A stretch of 64,000 nucleotides of DNA from an uncultured Alphaproteobacteria bacterium (GCA_944390125.1 CALXOX010000001.1:206990-270989), one strand, 5' to 3'; counted from the first letter of the stretch, positions 15,630-26,145 are shown. A program made the numbers and translations. Notes: generated by a model from the sequence alone, not told the origin.

Positions 15630-17609
15630 ATGACAGAACAAAATACACATACTTATGACGCTTCAGATATTCAAGTACTAGAAGGACTAGAACCTGTTCG
15701 CCTTCGCCCAGGCATGTACATTGGCGGCACAGACGAAAAGGCTTGGCACCACTTGCCTGTTGAAATTCTAGACAATTCTATTGACGAAGCCGTTGCTGGC
15801 TTTGCGAAACGAATTACTGTAAATTTAATAGATTCCAAGACAATTGAAATTACCGACGATGGTCGTGGTATACCAGTTGACGAACATCCAAAATTCCCAG
15901 GCAAATCTGCATTGGAGGTTATTTTAACCACCCTGCACTCTGGCGGTAAATTTAACAACAACGTATACAAAACCAGTGGTGGTTTGCATGGTGTTGGAAG
16001 TTCTGTTGTAAACGCCTTGTCATCAGAAATGATTGTTACGATATCTCGTGATGGTTATGAATGGCAGCAAACTTTTTCTCGCGGTAAACCAACAAGTAAG
16101 ATGATTCAGGGCTCACCGACGAAAAATCACGGAACCAAAATAAGATTTACAATTGATGATGAAATATTCGGTGTAAATGCAGTATTTAAACCAGTAAAAA
16201 TTTATCGTATGGCGCGTGCAAAGTCCTTCTTGTCACGCGGTGTACGCGTGGATTGGATTTGCAATCCAGAATTATTGACCGAGGATATGAACATTCCGGC
16301 TCAAACAGAGTTTTATTATCCGAATGGCGTAGCAGACTTTTTAGACGAAAAAACACGTGAAAAACCACGTATCATGCCAAAAATATTCAGTGGCACGGTT
16401 GATTTCCCTGATGATTCAGGTCGTGTGGAATGGGCTTTAACATTCTTGACTGATGAAAATGGCGCAGCATCTGACGATGGTTTCTTTGCCTCTTACTGCA
16501 ATACAATTGCAACAATAGACGGGGGAACACATGAATCAGGTTTCAAATCTGCAATTACTCGTGGAATAAAAGCATACGGCGAAAAAGTAAATAATAAAGC
16601 CGCAGCTTCTATAATAAGTGACGACGTGTTTGATTCCGTTGCGGCAATTGTATCTGTATTTTATAAGACGCCACAATTTTTAGGCCAGACAAAAGAAAAA
16701 TTATCCAACCCAGAAATAGCACGTTTTACAGAAAACGCATTACGTGACCCGTGGGAAATATTCTTGGCATCAGATCCAAAGACCGCTAACGCAATATTAG
16801 ATTTTGTTGTAAATTTGGCAAATGCTCGTATAAAGACAAAGCAAGTAAAAGAAATTGCACGCAAGACCCCAACAAAACGCGTTCGTATGCCAGCAAAGCT
16901 AGCAGACTGTTCAAAGCACGGGATTGAAGGCACAGAACTATTTATCGTAGAGGGAGAGTCTGCTGGTGGTACTGCAAAACAGGCTCGTGACCGCGCGACG
17001 CAAGCAATTATGCCTCTGCGTGGCAAAGTATTAAACGTTGTATCCAATTCAGATGAACGCTTTAGTGCTAATAAAGAATTAAACGAATTGATAGATATTA
17101 TTGGTGCAGGCACTGCCAAAGATTGGGATGAAAGTAAACTGCGTTATGAAAAAATCATCGTCATGACTGATGCTGACGTTGACGGTAGTCATATTGCATC
17201 ATTATTGATGGCCTTCTTCTATCAAGTAATGCCACAATTGATTTATGGTGGGCACTTGTATTTATCCTGCCCTCCTTTATATAAACTAACATGTGGCACA
17301 GAATCGATATACATAGATACAGACGAAGAACTGGAAAATCTGAAAAACACAAAATATAAAAACAAAAAAGTCGAAATATCTCGATTCAAAGGGTTGGGCG
17401 AAATGATGCCTAACCAATTGAAGGAAACAACCATGTCACCAAAGACCAGACGTTTAATACGCGTCGATCTGCCCCCAAGAACAGACGAAGGCGCAGAAGA
17501 CACAGAAAAAACACGTACAATCGTCTCTGAATTGATGGGTAAGAAACCAGAATTTCGATTTAAATTCATTACAGAACACGCACAATTTGTAAAAGATTTG
17601 TTTGTATAA
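15630..17609 (+). CDS. parE: DNA topoisomerase IV subunit B
   Basis: Track ORF of 659 aa. GHKL ATPase N-terminus (LEGLEPVRLRPGMYIGG), Toprim EGESAGG, and PLRGKVLNV. The length fits ParE rather than the ~800-aa GyrB. Confidence 0.85.
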   Translation: MTEQNTHTYDASDIQVLEGLEPVRLRPGMYIGGTDEKAWHHLPVEILDNSIDEAVAGFAKRITVNLIDSKTIEITDDGRGIPVDEHPKFPGKSALEVILTTLHSGGKFNNNVYKTSGGLHGVGSSVVNALSSEMIVTISRDGYEWQQTFSRGKPTSKMIQGSPTKNHGTKIRFTIDDEIFGVNAVFKPVKIYRMARAKSFLSRGVRVDWICNPELLTEDMNIPAQTEFYYPNGVADFLDEKTREKPRIMPKIFSGTVDFPDDSGRVEWALTFLTDENGAASDDGFFASYCNTIATIDGGTHESGFKSAITRGIKAYGEKVNNKAAASIISDDVFDSVAAIVSVFYKTPQFLGQTKEKLSNPEIARFTENALRDPWEIFLASDPKTANAILDFVVNLANARIKTKQVKEIARKTPTKRVRMPAKLADCSKHGIEGTELFIVEGESAGGTAKQARDRATQAIMPLRGKVLNVVSNSDERFSANKELNELIDIIGAGTAKDWDESKLRYEKIIVMTDADVDGSHIASLLMAFFYQVMPQLIYGGHLYLSCPPLYKLTCGTESIYIDTDEELENLKNTKYKNKKVEISRFKGLGEMMPNQLKETTMSPKTRRLIRVDLPPRTDEGAEDTEKTRTIVSELMGKKPEFRFKFITEHAQFVKDLFV

Positions 17610-17707
17610 AAAATTCCCAAACAAATCTTTACCTACAAAACTCACAATATTGCGTTGACAATATTGTTTTTTGTATTATATTATCTAACACAAAAAGGTA
17701 AGATGGA

Positions 17708-18145
17708 ATGAAACCCACAAAAAAAAGAAAAAATACATACGTAATTACAACATCTGTTTTAGCTGATTTATCTTTATTTAGTGCATGCAGATCAACACCA
17801 TTGGTAGTTGTTGAATTGAACGGTAAAAAGGTGAATCAAGACACAGGTTGGAAAGCTGGCACAGAATTTCCAAATCCTGGCGCATCGGATATGGTTGTTG
17901 CGTTTAAACAATTACAGCCTATCATGGGCGAAAAATTAGCAAGCACAATTGTAGAATATTTAGACAAAGAAACAAACGAACCTGTTGCTATGTTATTTCC
18001 AACGAATGATATAATGTACAGAGAAGATGCAGGGAAAAACTTTACGAACCGGTTAAATCATGCAACGCGTCAAGATTTAAAACGTCAAATGTCTGTCCGT
18101 GAAAAATATTTAAAGAAACTTGCAGAAAATCAGAATCAAAAATAA
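17708..18145 (+). CDS. Lipoprotein, unknown function
   Basis: Track ORF of 145 aa. Lipobox LSLFSAC. Promoter TTGACA, 16-nt spacer, TATATT upstream. Confidence 0.6.
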   Translation: MKPTKKRKNTYVITTSVLADLSLFSACRSTPLVVVELNGKKVNQDTGWKAGTEFPNPGASDMVVAFKQLQPIMGEKLASTIVEYLDKETNEPVAMLFPTNDIMYREDAGKNFTNRLNHATRQDLKRQMSVREKYLKKLAENQNQK

Positions 18146-18162
18146 AAGTCTCAGATAAAAAC

Positions 18163-18191
18163 AAAACGCCGGATATGAATCCGGCGTTTTT
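18163..18191. terminator. Bidirectional terminator
   Basis: AAAA-CGCCGG-atatgaat-CCGGCG-TTTTT, between 17708..18145 (+) and 18209..19633 (-). Confidence 0.75.
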
Positions 18192-18208
18192 CGTTTTCCC
18201 CATCTGTT

Positions 18209-19633
18209 TTATTGGATACCGACGCGGAACTCATCGCCCCAGCCCGCAACAACCTGACCGCCGACTGTGCATTGTATATCTTCAAAACCATTTTCAACCT
18301 GGTTTTTCTTTACAACGTTACTTGTTATTAAACCACCTGCAGTACCCAAAACTACACCTGCGATAGAGTCTGACAACAAACGAGAAGTATTAAAATTACC
18401 CTCTTCATCACGCCATACTGTCAATTTCAAACCAGATTTAATATCCTCGATTTTAGCAACCGCGCTTGAAATATTTTCACGTGCCCTATTCTGAGTTATG
18501 GTCACTTCACTAGAAGCAGATGCAGAACTTGCAGCATTCGCATCAACACAAGCAGTCTGTTCAGCGTTGATAACCTTACCTACTTCAACGCAATAACATT
18601 GATTTGTTGTGTAATTCCAATTTGCCCCTGTTATTTGCAAGCATTTTAGTATGGCAGGATTCATATCGCAAATACTGCCATTCCAAGAATATTGCTGATT
18701 TGTACAACGACATTGCTTATTTACGTCATCCCAATACGCGCCAGATGCCACACTAGATTCTGACAAACACTTTTGCTGCAATGCTGCGGCATCAGTCAAG
18801 TCACAGCGATCGCCATTACGCTTATAATTCACATCGTCCAAACACACGCAAACATTATTTGAAACCTTTAAATTTTTCGCGTTATCACAAGCACACTGGT
18901 TATTTGTCCACGTACCACCAGAATCTTCACATGCACTTTTAAGTTTCTGATTAGCTTCTTCCTGACGACGACGATTCTCATCATCTATAACTGACTGCTT
19001 CTTCTTGCAACCATTTACACCGTTTGGCTCATAATTAGAATTTATACATTCACAAGACTCGCCATTTGCTGCCAATTTTATATTCTTTGAAGAGCTGCAA
19101 GAACATTTACCATTCGCCCACGTACCACCACTATTTACACAAGCGGTCTTAGCCTCCCCAATAGATTTGCACTTACAAATATTTGTTCTATCTGTAAACA
19201 ACAATTGTGCCTTACTGCCAGTAGAAATTCCGACATTTCCACCATTGTCATCCATTATGTAATACCCATCAATTTGACTAGCTTCATCAGTAACTCTGCA
19301 CTGCTGAGCATCACAATCAGCTATGTCACTTATTTTCCACTCAACCCACATCTGATCGCCCCTAGCAGCACAATAATATAGTTTCTGTTTTGATTCTAAG
19401 TTGCCCTTAAAATAATGGTTCGCTGGCATAAAAATCACCTGTCCCCCATCACAGTGTCCACGACCACATTCGTACGCATATTTTCCATTATAACGCGAAG
19501 AACTTTGATACAAATATTCGTCACTATTCTTTATTGCCAAACCGCTTAGTTCTTGCTCATCACACACAGCGGCCGACACAGAAGGACCTAAAATCCCCAC
19601 CAAAAACAAAGAACACAATAACAGTTTTTTCAT
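18209..19633 (-). CDS. Secreted Cys-rich repeat protein with C-terminal glycine-zipper segment
   Basis: Track ORF 18209..19789. I prefer M53 (ATG at 19633), which has a GGAGAAG RBS and the signal peptide MKKLLLCSLFLVGILGPSVSA. Four ~45-aa repeats fit C..SGGTW.N..C.C......K......C.C. C-terminal IAGVVLGTAGGLITSNVV. Confidence 0.75.
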   Translation of the reverse strand: MKKLLLCSLFLVGILGPSVSAAVCDEQELSGLAIKNSDEYLYQSSSRYNGKYAYECGRGHCDGGQVIFMPANHYFKGNLESKQKLYYCAARGDQMWVEWKISDIADCDAQQCRVTDEASQIDGYYIMDDNGGNVGISTGSKAQLLFTDRTNICKCKSIGEAKTACVNSGGTWANGKCSCSSSKNIKLAANGESCECINSNYEPNGVNGCKKKQSVIDDENRRRQEEANQKLKSACEDSGGTWTNNQCACDNAKNLKVSNNVCVCLDDVNYKRNGDRCDLTDAAALQQKCLSESSVASGAYWDDVNKQCRCTNQQYSWNGSICDMNPAILKCLQITGANWNYTTNQCYCVEVGKVINAEQTACVDANAASSASASSEVTITQNRARENISSAVAKIEDIKSGLKLTVWRDEEGNFNTSRLLSDSIAGVVLGTAGGLITSNVVKKNQVENGFEDIQCTVGGQVVAGWGDEFRVGIQ

Positions 19634-19772
19634 ATCTCTTCTCCATTTATAATGCGTATACGCACCATAATTATTACTTATGATTTTACCATAATTTCTA
19701 ACTATTTCCAATAAGGAATTAAAACTTCTCAACAAAAAAGTGCCACTTTTCGTGGCATAAATTTTTATTATC

Positions 19773-21062
19773 TTATCTGCAATCTGCAATCAATTGATTC
19801 ATCTGTGCAGCCAAAACCAAATCCGTCTTCTTCAACTTTTCAATTTGTGAAATTGCATACAATACTGTTGCATGATCACGATCACCGCATACACGACCAA
19901 TTTCTGTCAAAGACATATTTGTCGCATCTTTCAATACTGCCATCATCATTTGACGAGCCAAAACAACTGCGCGGCAACGGCCCTTTCCACAAACTGCATC
20001 ATACGCAACACCCAACTTTTCGCACATAGACTTTACCATAGCGATAGGAGTTTTTGCCTTTTGCAATGTATCTGCTAACAAATGCTGCGCAACTTCCATT
20101 GTGACATTCTGTCCCATCAATTCAGCATATGTCTTGATTTTCATTGCAACGCCACCAACCAAATGACCATCACCAGCAATACGAGCCGCAATAGCATCTG
20201 CAACCTCTGATACAACGCCAGCACGCATCAACATAACACGTTTTACATTTGTTGTTGGTGCAACAACGTCTGCAACCAAACCAGATGCCAACAAAGACTG
20301 AACACGACGATCAAAGCCTGTCAAATTACCTGGTGCAACATTTGCTGTTAAAACAATATTCTTACCTGCCCCGCGCAAATCCATTACCAACTGTGCAAAT
20401 TCTTCACATGTTGCACGTTTGCCCGCCAAAGCCTGAACATCATCTAAAATAAATGTATCACAATTACGGCAGTAATCTTTAAATGCGAAAATTGTTCTGT
20501 CGTGCAGGCTGCGTGTAAACTCAGAAACAAACTGACCACCAGACATTTTGATTACGCGACCAGCAGAAGCTTCTTCAATGCAATTTGCCAACAAAGATTT
20601 GCCACAACCAGCAGGTCCATAAATGAATAACGGCGAGAAAGAAACCGAACCCGCCGCTAATTTTTTACATGCCGACAATACGAATGCATTTTCATCACAA
20701 CATACAAACGCATCAAACGCCTTTGTATTTATTTCTTGTGCTGTAGCAACATTTGCTGCCGGTGCATAAGACTGTACTGCATTATCGTTTGCAATCGGTG
20801 CAGCAACAACATTTGCCCCACGAACACAAATAGAAACAACCAAGCCAAACTGAGCTGCAACTGCATTCAAAACATTCTTGTGAACACTGCCGATAAAATC
20901 TGCTGAAAATTGATTTTGTGCTGTCAGCACTAATTCATTACCCAAAACTTCAAACTGTAAAGGCGCAATCCAAGAAGTAAAACTTGCAGAATCCATTTTT
21001 GCGGCGATGGCCTCCTTGATTTGTTCCAAGTTAGTCATTTTAATTGTTGCCGCTGCCTGCAT
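19773..21062 (-). CDS. dnaA: Chromosomal replication initiator DnaA
   Basis: Track ORF 19773..21101. The ATG at 21062 (MQAAATIK) is preceded by AAGGAG. Walker A GPAGCGKS. C-terminal DNA-binding helix region DHATVLYA. Confidence 0.9.
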   Translation of the reverse strand: MQAAATIKMTNLEQIKEAIAAKMDSASFTSWIAPLQFEVLGNELVLTAQNQFSADFIGSVHKNVLNAVAAQFGLVVSICVRGANVVAAPIANDNAVQSYAPAANVATAQEINTKAFDAFVCCDENAFVLSACKKLAAGSVSFSPLFIYGPAGCGKSLLANCIEEASAGRVIKMSGGQFVSEFTRSLHDRTIFAFKDYCRNCDTFILDDVQALAGKRATCEEFAQLVMDLRGAGKNIVLTANVAPGNLTGFDRRVQSLLASGLVADVVAPTTNVKRVMLMRAGVVSEVADAIAARIAGDGHLVGGVAMKIKTYAELMGQNVTMEVAQHLLADTLQKAKTPIAMVKSMCEKLGVAYDAVCGKGRCRAVVLARQMMMAVLKDATNMSLTEIGRVCGDRDHATVLYAISQIEKLKKTDLVLAAQMNQLIADCR

Positions 21063-21385
21063 ATGTTTCTCCTTTCCTTCCCTAACAGAACTTTCTGTCA
21101 CCCGTGCAAGAGTATAAAAACCACCTGCCTATAAACGCTAAAATCCATTGTCACTACGTGTCATCAGAATTTAGTGTTTATATTTTAGCCCTACGTTTTA
21201 ACCCTCTCGCTTTTGTTTGTGATTGAGATGTCTCAATCGTTTTGGATACGTCAGATAAGTTATAAGATAAAACCGATTTTGCAACCGATTGTTAAACAAT
21301 TTTTGAACATTTATTTTTTGACAACGATTCGTTTTTTTGCCAGATTTCCGCGCTTTGTATATACAATGTATAGACAACATTTTTT

Positions 21386-22423
21386 TTACAAACGAACGTA
21401 TCCGCCGTCAACTTTTCGCACTAAACCCTGCAATTCCAGAATAACCAAATCTCTTTTTATTTCCGAAATTGTTTTTTTGACAATTTCTGACAATACAGAT
21501 TCTGACACTGGAATTGTTCCTAATGCATCCAATAAAGAATTTTCCGAATCGGATTTTTTTTCATTTTTTGTCTTATCAATATCAAATTGTTCATTTTTGA
21601 AAAAGTCTGACACACTATCACATAACTTTGCGGCACCAGATTTTATCAAAGAATTTGGCCCAATCGCCCGAGAATCCGAAGGATGAGAAGGAATCGCCCA
21701 AATTTTCCGATTCGATTCGCACGCAAATTTCACAGTTTTCATACTTCCAGATTTTAAATCTGCCTCGCCTAAGATTAAATTTTGGCTGATTCCTGCGACC
21801 CAACGATTTCGCATTACAAAATTTGCAGCAACAGGAACAAATCCAACGGGCATTTCGCTAATAACCGCACCACGTTCAACAATTTCCCAATACAACGATT
21901 CGTTTTCTGTCGGCCATATATAATCCACACCGCCTGCCAACACAGCTATTGTTTGACTGTTTCCAGCGGCCCGTAAAGCACCACGATGTGCGGCGGTATC
22001 TGTTCCCATTGCCATTCCAGATACAACTGCATAATTATGCCCCGCAAAATCTTTAGCAAGATTCGCAATAAAATTCATACCTGCCGCCGTTGCATGACGT
22101 GTTCCCACGATACTTACAGTTTCTTTTTGTAATGCAGCAACATTTCCACGAACAGCTAAGACAGGAGGATGATTAGCAACTGTCCTCAATAACTTTGGGT
22201 ATTCAGCCATATCATCACATATATAATATATATTCAATTGTTTTGCCCTTTCTATTTCCCGCAAAACTAAATCCCGAATCGCATCATCAGGTTTTAATAC
22301 ATCAATAACAGCTGCCGGACTGCCATATTGTTTTATCAATTGAGCATACTTTACTGGCCCTATATTAGGGCTGCGCAAAATCAGCAATTTGTTAAATAAG
22401 TCATCTATATTCATAATATGCAC
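21386..22423 (-). CDS. dprA: DNA-processing protein DprA
   Basis: Track ORF of 345 aa. Rossmann-like DprA core (VSIVGTRHATAAG..VVSGMAMGTDTAAHRGAL..TIAVLAGGVD). The start may be the ATG 9 nt downstream. Confidence 0.9.
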   Translation of the reverse strand: MHIMNIDDLFNKLLILRSPNIGPVKYAQLIKQYGSPAAVIDVLKPDDAIRDLVLREIERAKQLNIYYICDDMAEYPKLLRTVANHPPVLAVRGNVAALQKETVSIVGTRHATAAGMNFIANLAKDFAGHNYAVVSGMAMGTDTAAHRGALRAAGNSQTIAVLAGGVDYIWPTENESLYWEIVERGAVISEMPVGFVPVAANFVMRNRWVAGISQNLILGEADLKSGSMKTVKFACESNRKIWAIPSHPSDSRAIGPNSLIKSGAAKLCDSVSDFFKNEQFDIDKTKNEKKSDSENSLLDALGTIPVSESVLSEIVKKTISEIKRDLVILELQGLVRKVDGGYVRL

Positions 22424-22497
22424 TATAGGAAAATAGCTATATATATTAAAAGCACTAAATTACAATGAATAAGGCTCCAAATCGGAGCCTTTTATTT

Positions 22498-23355
22498 TTA
22501 GTTTTTTGCATTCAGAAGATAATCATAATTATAATTATTACATTCTGACGGCTTGTTATCCCCTTGCCAAGCATCACACTCTTCTTTCAAAGTTTCCAGA
22601 GCATTCATAATCTGATCAAATTCACTCCGATTTTGATTTTTGAGGGCCCTTAGCTGCATTACCAACTGTTCATCTGCAGACAACCCCTTCTGCTTTTGCC
22701 CCATAACACTTCCACCTATCAATCGATTACCAAACAATTCCATAACCCCGACACCAACGCCTGCGCCGCCAACGGCACCACCAACAGTTGCCCAAGTACG
22801 TGCACTCTTTTTCGCATCCAAAATACGCTGACGCAAAGTTTCTTCATCAGCCCAACTTCCACATGTTATATTCTGCCCCATCTGGAAATACTTTTCAGGA
22901 ACGTCAGATACATTTATTCTTGGATCAGACGACTTGACACCAACTAAAACAAAGCAAACATTGTTTTCTGGATTCTTCACATCCTCTACCATAGAAGAAT
23001 AATTATTCGTATTACTATAACGAGAAGCCCAAACGAAAGTATTTCCTATACCGATATTGTTGTTCAAACAAGCCGCTTTTTGCTTTTCATATTCGCTGTC
23101 ATCCGGCTTTTCAGAGCCAGAATCATCGCCATCACCAAAATTATCTTCAACAGGAACCCGGATGCTGGATTTATCAACTACCTCTACCCCGGCATTCGCA
23201 TTTGCCATTGCAGAAATTTGATTGGTAGAAGCCGTCGCGCGTGGCGCTGCCATTACCATCTGAGAAGTCATAGAACGACGTGCCTGTGACGATGTGGCCG
23301 CAACAGCAGGTATAACGAACAAAGAAACGACTAGTAAAGATATGATTTTTCTCAT
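22498..23355 (-). CDS. Secreted protein with glycine-zipper membrane segment, unknown function
   Basis: Track ORF of 285 aa. Signal peptide MRKIISLLVVSLFVIPAVA. TVGGAVGGAGVGVGVMELFGNRLIGG resembles segments in 52175..54094. Confidence 0.65.
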   Translation of the reverse strand: MRKIISLLVVSLFVIPAVAATSSQARRSMTSQMVMAAPRATASTNQISAMANANAGVEVVDKSSIRVPVEDNFGDGDDSGSEKPDDSEYEKQKAACLNNNIGIGNTFVWASRYSNTNNYSSMVEDVKNPENNVCFVLVGVKSSDPRINVSDVPEKYFQMGQNITCGSWADEETLRQRILDAKKSARTWATVGGAVGGAGVGVGVMELFGNRLIGGSVMGQKQKGLSADEQLVMQLRALKNQNRSEFDQIMNALETLKEECDAWQGDNKPSECNNYNYDYLLNAKN

Positions 23356-23462
23356 CTCTAAATCCCCATTATCTTGCCGTTCATTATAGCATAAAAGTCA
23401 ATAAAAATAAAGAATAAATACTTTAATATAAAAAAGAATCGCCATAAAATATGGCGATTTTT

Positions 23463-24071
23463 TTATTTTTTCCACTTCCATTCTATTTTTGACTCTGTTC
23501 CAGATAACAGACGCCCAATATTTGAACGGTGACGCCACAAACACAATAAAGCAATTGCTAAGAAAGGCCACCCCATTTGAGAACTAATCACGAACCCTAA
23601 TACTGGCATCAAGCAGAACGCAACAACAGCCCCCAAAGAAGAATAACCAGAAGACAAAGCAACTATCAGCCATTCAACGCCACACGTCACAAAGGCCAAA
23701 GGATTCACTGCCAACAAGACACCAAACAAAGAAGAAATACCTTTTCCACCACGAAACTTTAACCAAACAGGATAACAATGTCCAACGATGGCAGCAAAAC
23801 CACACCAAGCACCAAACACCGGCCCAGCAACGGCATTACCAATAAAAACCGCTGCAATTGCTTTTAACATATCCAAAATCCAAGTTAGCGCAGCCATACG
23901 CAAACCGCCGACACGCATGACATTGGTTGCCCCAATATTGCCACTGCCAACCTTGCGTAAATCACCCTTACCCATAGCCTTTGTTAAAATCAGTCCCATT
24001 GGGATAGAGCCCAATAAGTAAGAAACTAAAACTGCGAGCACAAAAATAATGCTAAAACCTGTTGGTATCAT
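23463..24071 (-). CDS. plsY: Glycerol-3-phosphate acyltransferase PlsY
   Basis: Track ORF of 202 aa. Polytopic membrane protein with GSGNIGATNV and FRGGKG motifs. Confidence 0.9.
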   Translation of the reverse strand: MIPTGFSIIFVLAVLVSYLLGSIPMGLILTKAMGKGDLRKVGSGNIGATNVMRVGGLRMAALTWILDMLKAIAAVFIGNAVAGPVFGAWCGFAAIVGHCYPVWLKFRGGKGISSLFGVLLAVNPLAFVTCGVEWLIVALSSGYSSLGAVVAFCLMPVLGFVISSQMGWPFLAIALLCLWRHRSNIGRLLSGTESKIEWKWKK

Positions 24072-24144
24072 TTTATTTTTCCTTGATTTTATGTTTGTTT
24101 TCTATAAAATAGCAGAAAACGTGACAAAATAAAAGGAAAATAAA

Positions 24145-24405
24145 GTGGCAAATCACAAGTCATCTAAAAAAAGAATTCTGGTAACGGAAAAGAAAAATTC
24201 CGTCAACAATTCTCGTCGTAGTGCTGTAAAAACAGCAACAAAGAAAGTTTTAGTAGCCGTTGAATCTGGCGACAAGGTTGCTGCGACAAACGCTGCACGC
24301 GCGGCAGAAAGCAAAATTATGAAATCTGCTGGTAAAGTTATGCCTAAAAAGCGTGCTGCACGCAAGATTTCTCGTTTGACCAAGAAAGTAGCCAAAATGG
24401 CCTAA
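24145..24405 (+). CDS. rpsT: 30S ribosomal protein S20
   Basis: Track ORF of 86 aa with a GTG start. MANHKSSKKRILVTEKKN... is basic and matches the S20 N-terminal signature. Confidence 0.9.
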   Translation: MANHKSSKKRILVTEKKNSVNNSRRSAVKTATKKVLVAVESGDKVAATNAARAAESKIMKSAGKVMPKKRAARKISRLTKKVAKMA

Positions 24406-24516
24406 TTGGTAATTTCAGAATTCTGAATAAAAATTTACCCCAATTGGGGTAGTTTTTATTTTATAAACAGATACAACAAAAAAAACCGTCTCTTTGACGG
24501 TTCTTTTTAATTGTTA

Positions 24517-26145
24517 CTAATTCAGCGGCGCTCCCCAATGTTGCTGTATCGTACGTTCCGCATCCATCGGACTTACCAATACCTGCGGTGTCAAGATTAC
24601 AACCAACACATCACGGGTAGCAGACGTTTCACGCGAGCCAGATAGGGCCATAAAGTCTGGGTCGCCTAAGCCATAACGAGTATCGTTATTAGTCTGCTTT
24701 TCAAAACCAGATACAACCAACATCTGACCAGATTCCATAATAACTTCCTGCATGAAACTACGTTCCTCAACCTCTGGTAACTGTAATGTTACTTCACCGA
24801 TAGTCTGAGTGGACATCTTCAGCAGTTCACGAATTGACATTCTGAACAACAGTAAAATTTTTCCATTTTCCAGAACATTAGGCAACAACTGCATAGAAAA
24901 GCCTGTTTCCAAATCATCTTGATCAACCGTACTTGATTCGACCGTTGTAAAGTTACGAGATTCAAAACGTTTAATATAACCTGTTGTACGTGTATTATTT
25001 ACAGGAGCGACACGATTATTACGCGTGGTTACACCAACGTTAGTAACCAAAGACACCTTGCCCTGCTTTGCCAAAGCCTGAATCAAAGCATCTGTTCCTG
25101 CCAATCCAGACAAAGACCCGTTTTGTATTTGATCTTGGGTATAAGCACCAGCGACCTCCTTTGTTCCTTCCAAATGTGTCGCCCCCGTCAGACCAGACAC
25201 AGCATTCGACAAAACTGCGATATTCATTGAACTGGCTTCTGTACTTGTCAAATTATTCTTAGGGTTAGCAACGATATTCAAACCAGAGGCAGAATTTATC
25301 GCCGCCGCCAAATTCAATCCGAACGCTGAGTCATTAGATATAGATACCTGCAAAACTTTTACATCTATCGTTACCAACTGAGACAAACGTCTATTTTGTT
25401 TATCGATATAATCAGCCACACGATTCAATGTGGATGGAGGTGCAGTAACTGTTACAGTACCCAAACTACGTGATACAGTAAAGCTCGCATTATCGACATC
25501 TCCTATTATAGTATCCAAAGCATTTTCAATCTCGTCCCATTCCTTTAATGTAGACTCTAAAGAAACCGTATTGCCATCATCTGTTTCAACCGCAGTTTGG
25601 TAAGAAACGTCAGTCCCCAGCGCATACAAAGTAAATGTCTTTGTTTCTGTTTCATAGAAAACAATTGCTGATTTATCGTAATACCATAATAAATCCAAAT
25701 CAGTCGCAACCTGTGACAACAATCCAGACAAGCTACCCGTATAAGCAATATTTATCGTTTTCTTTAATTTCTCTGAACTTACCTGATTATCAATTTTTAC
25801 AGGGATGCCAGTAATGGAAGTGATATTATTTGCCAAAACATTCAGTGTAACTGGTTCATCCAGCAAAATTGTAATACCTGTGCTGGTTTCAAATTGAGAC
25901 GGCAAATTATTTCTGTGTTCTAACAACGTAGAGGAAGCACCTAACCAAACACCTTCAGACATAGAAACAGTATCACCACTAGCAACCTTGGCCGGCGGGT
26001 TTTTAGACATTTCAAACGCATCATATGCATTTATAAAATCCTGGTCAACAGACGCCGCAACTTTGGCAGATTCCTCTTTAGCGCAACCAGAAACGAACGC
26101 GCCCAGCAGAGTGCACATTATTAAAAATCTTGTCGGTTTGGTCAT
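24517..26145 (-). CDS. Secretin-family outer-membrane lipoprotein (PilN-like, type IVb pilus class)
   Basis: Track ORF of 542 aa. Lipobox AFVSGC. C-terminal secretin domain GQMLVVSGFEKQ..YGLGDPDFMALSG..RDVLVVILTPQVL aligns with the canonical GQTLVLGGL..PLLGDIPLLG..ELLIFITP pattern. Confidence 0.75.
   Translation of the reverse strand: MTKPTRFLIMCTLLGAFVSGCAKEESAKVAASVDQDFINAYDAFEMSKNPPAKVASGDTVSMSEGVWLGASSTLLEHRNNLPSQFETSTGITILLDEPVTLNVLANNITSITGIPVKIDNQVSSEKLKKTINIAYTGSLSGLLSQVATDLDLLWYYDKSAIVFYETETKTFTLYALGTDVSYQTAVETDDGNTVSLESTLKEWDEIENALDTIIGDVDNASFTVSRSLGTVTVTAPPSTLNRVADYIDKQNRRLSQLVTIDVKVLQVSISNDSAFGLNLAAAINSASGLNIVANPKNNLTSTEASSMNIAVLSNAVSGLTGATHLEGTKEVAGAYTQDQIQNGSLSGLAGTDALIQALAKQGKVSLVTNVGVTTRNNRVAPVNNTRTTGYIKRFESRNFTTVESSTVDQDDLETGFSMQLLPNVLENGKILLLFRMSIRELLKMSTQTIGEVTLQLPEVEERSFMQEVIMESGQMLVVSGFEKQTNNDTRYGLGDPDFMALSGSRETSATRDVLVVILTPQVLVSPMDAERTIQQHWGAPLN

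Noticed and set aside
21063-21385. oriC upstream of dnaA
   Set aside because: There is no cluster of DnaA boxes. The best match has two mismatches, and I found no convincing AT-rich 13-mer array. In many Alphaproteobacteria oriC is not next to dnaA.
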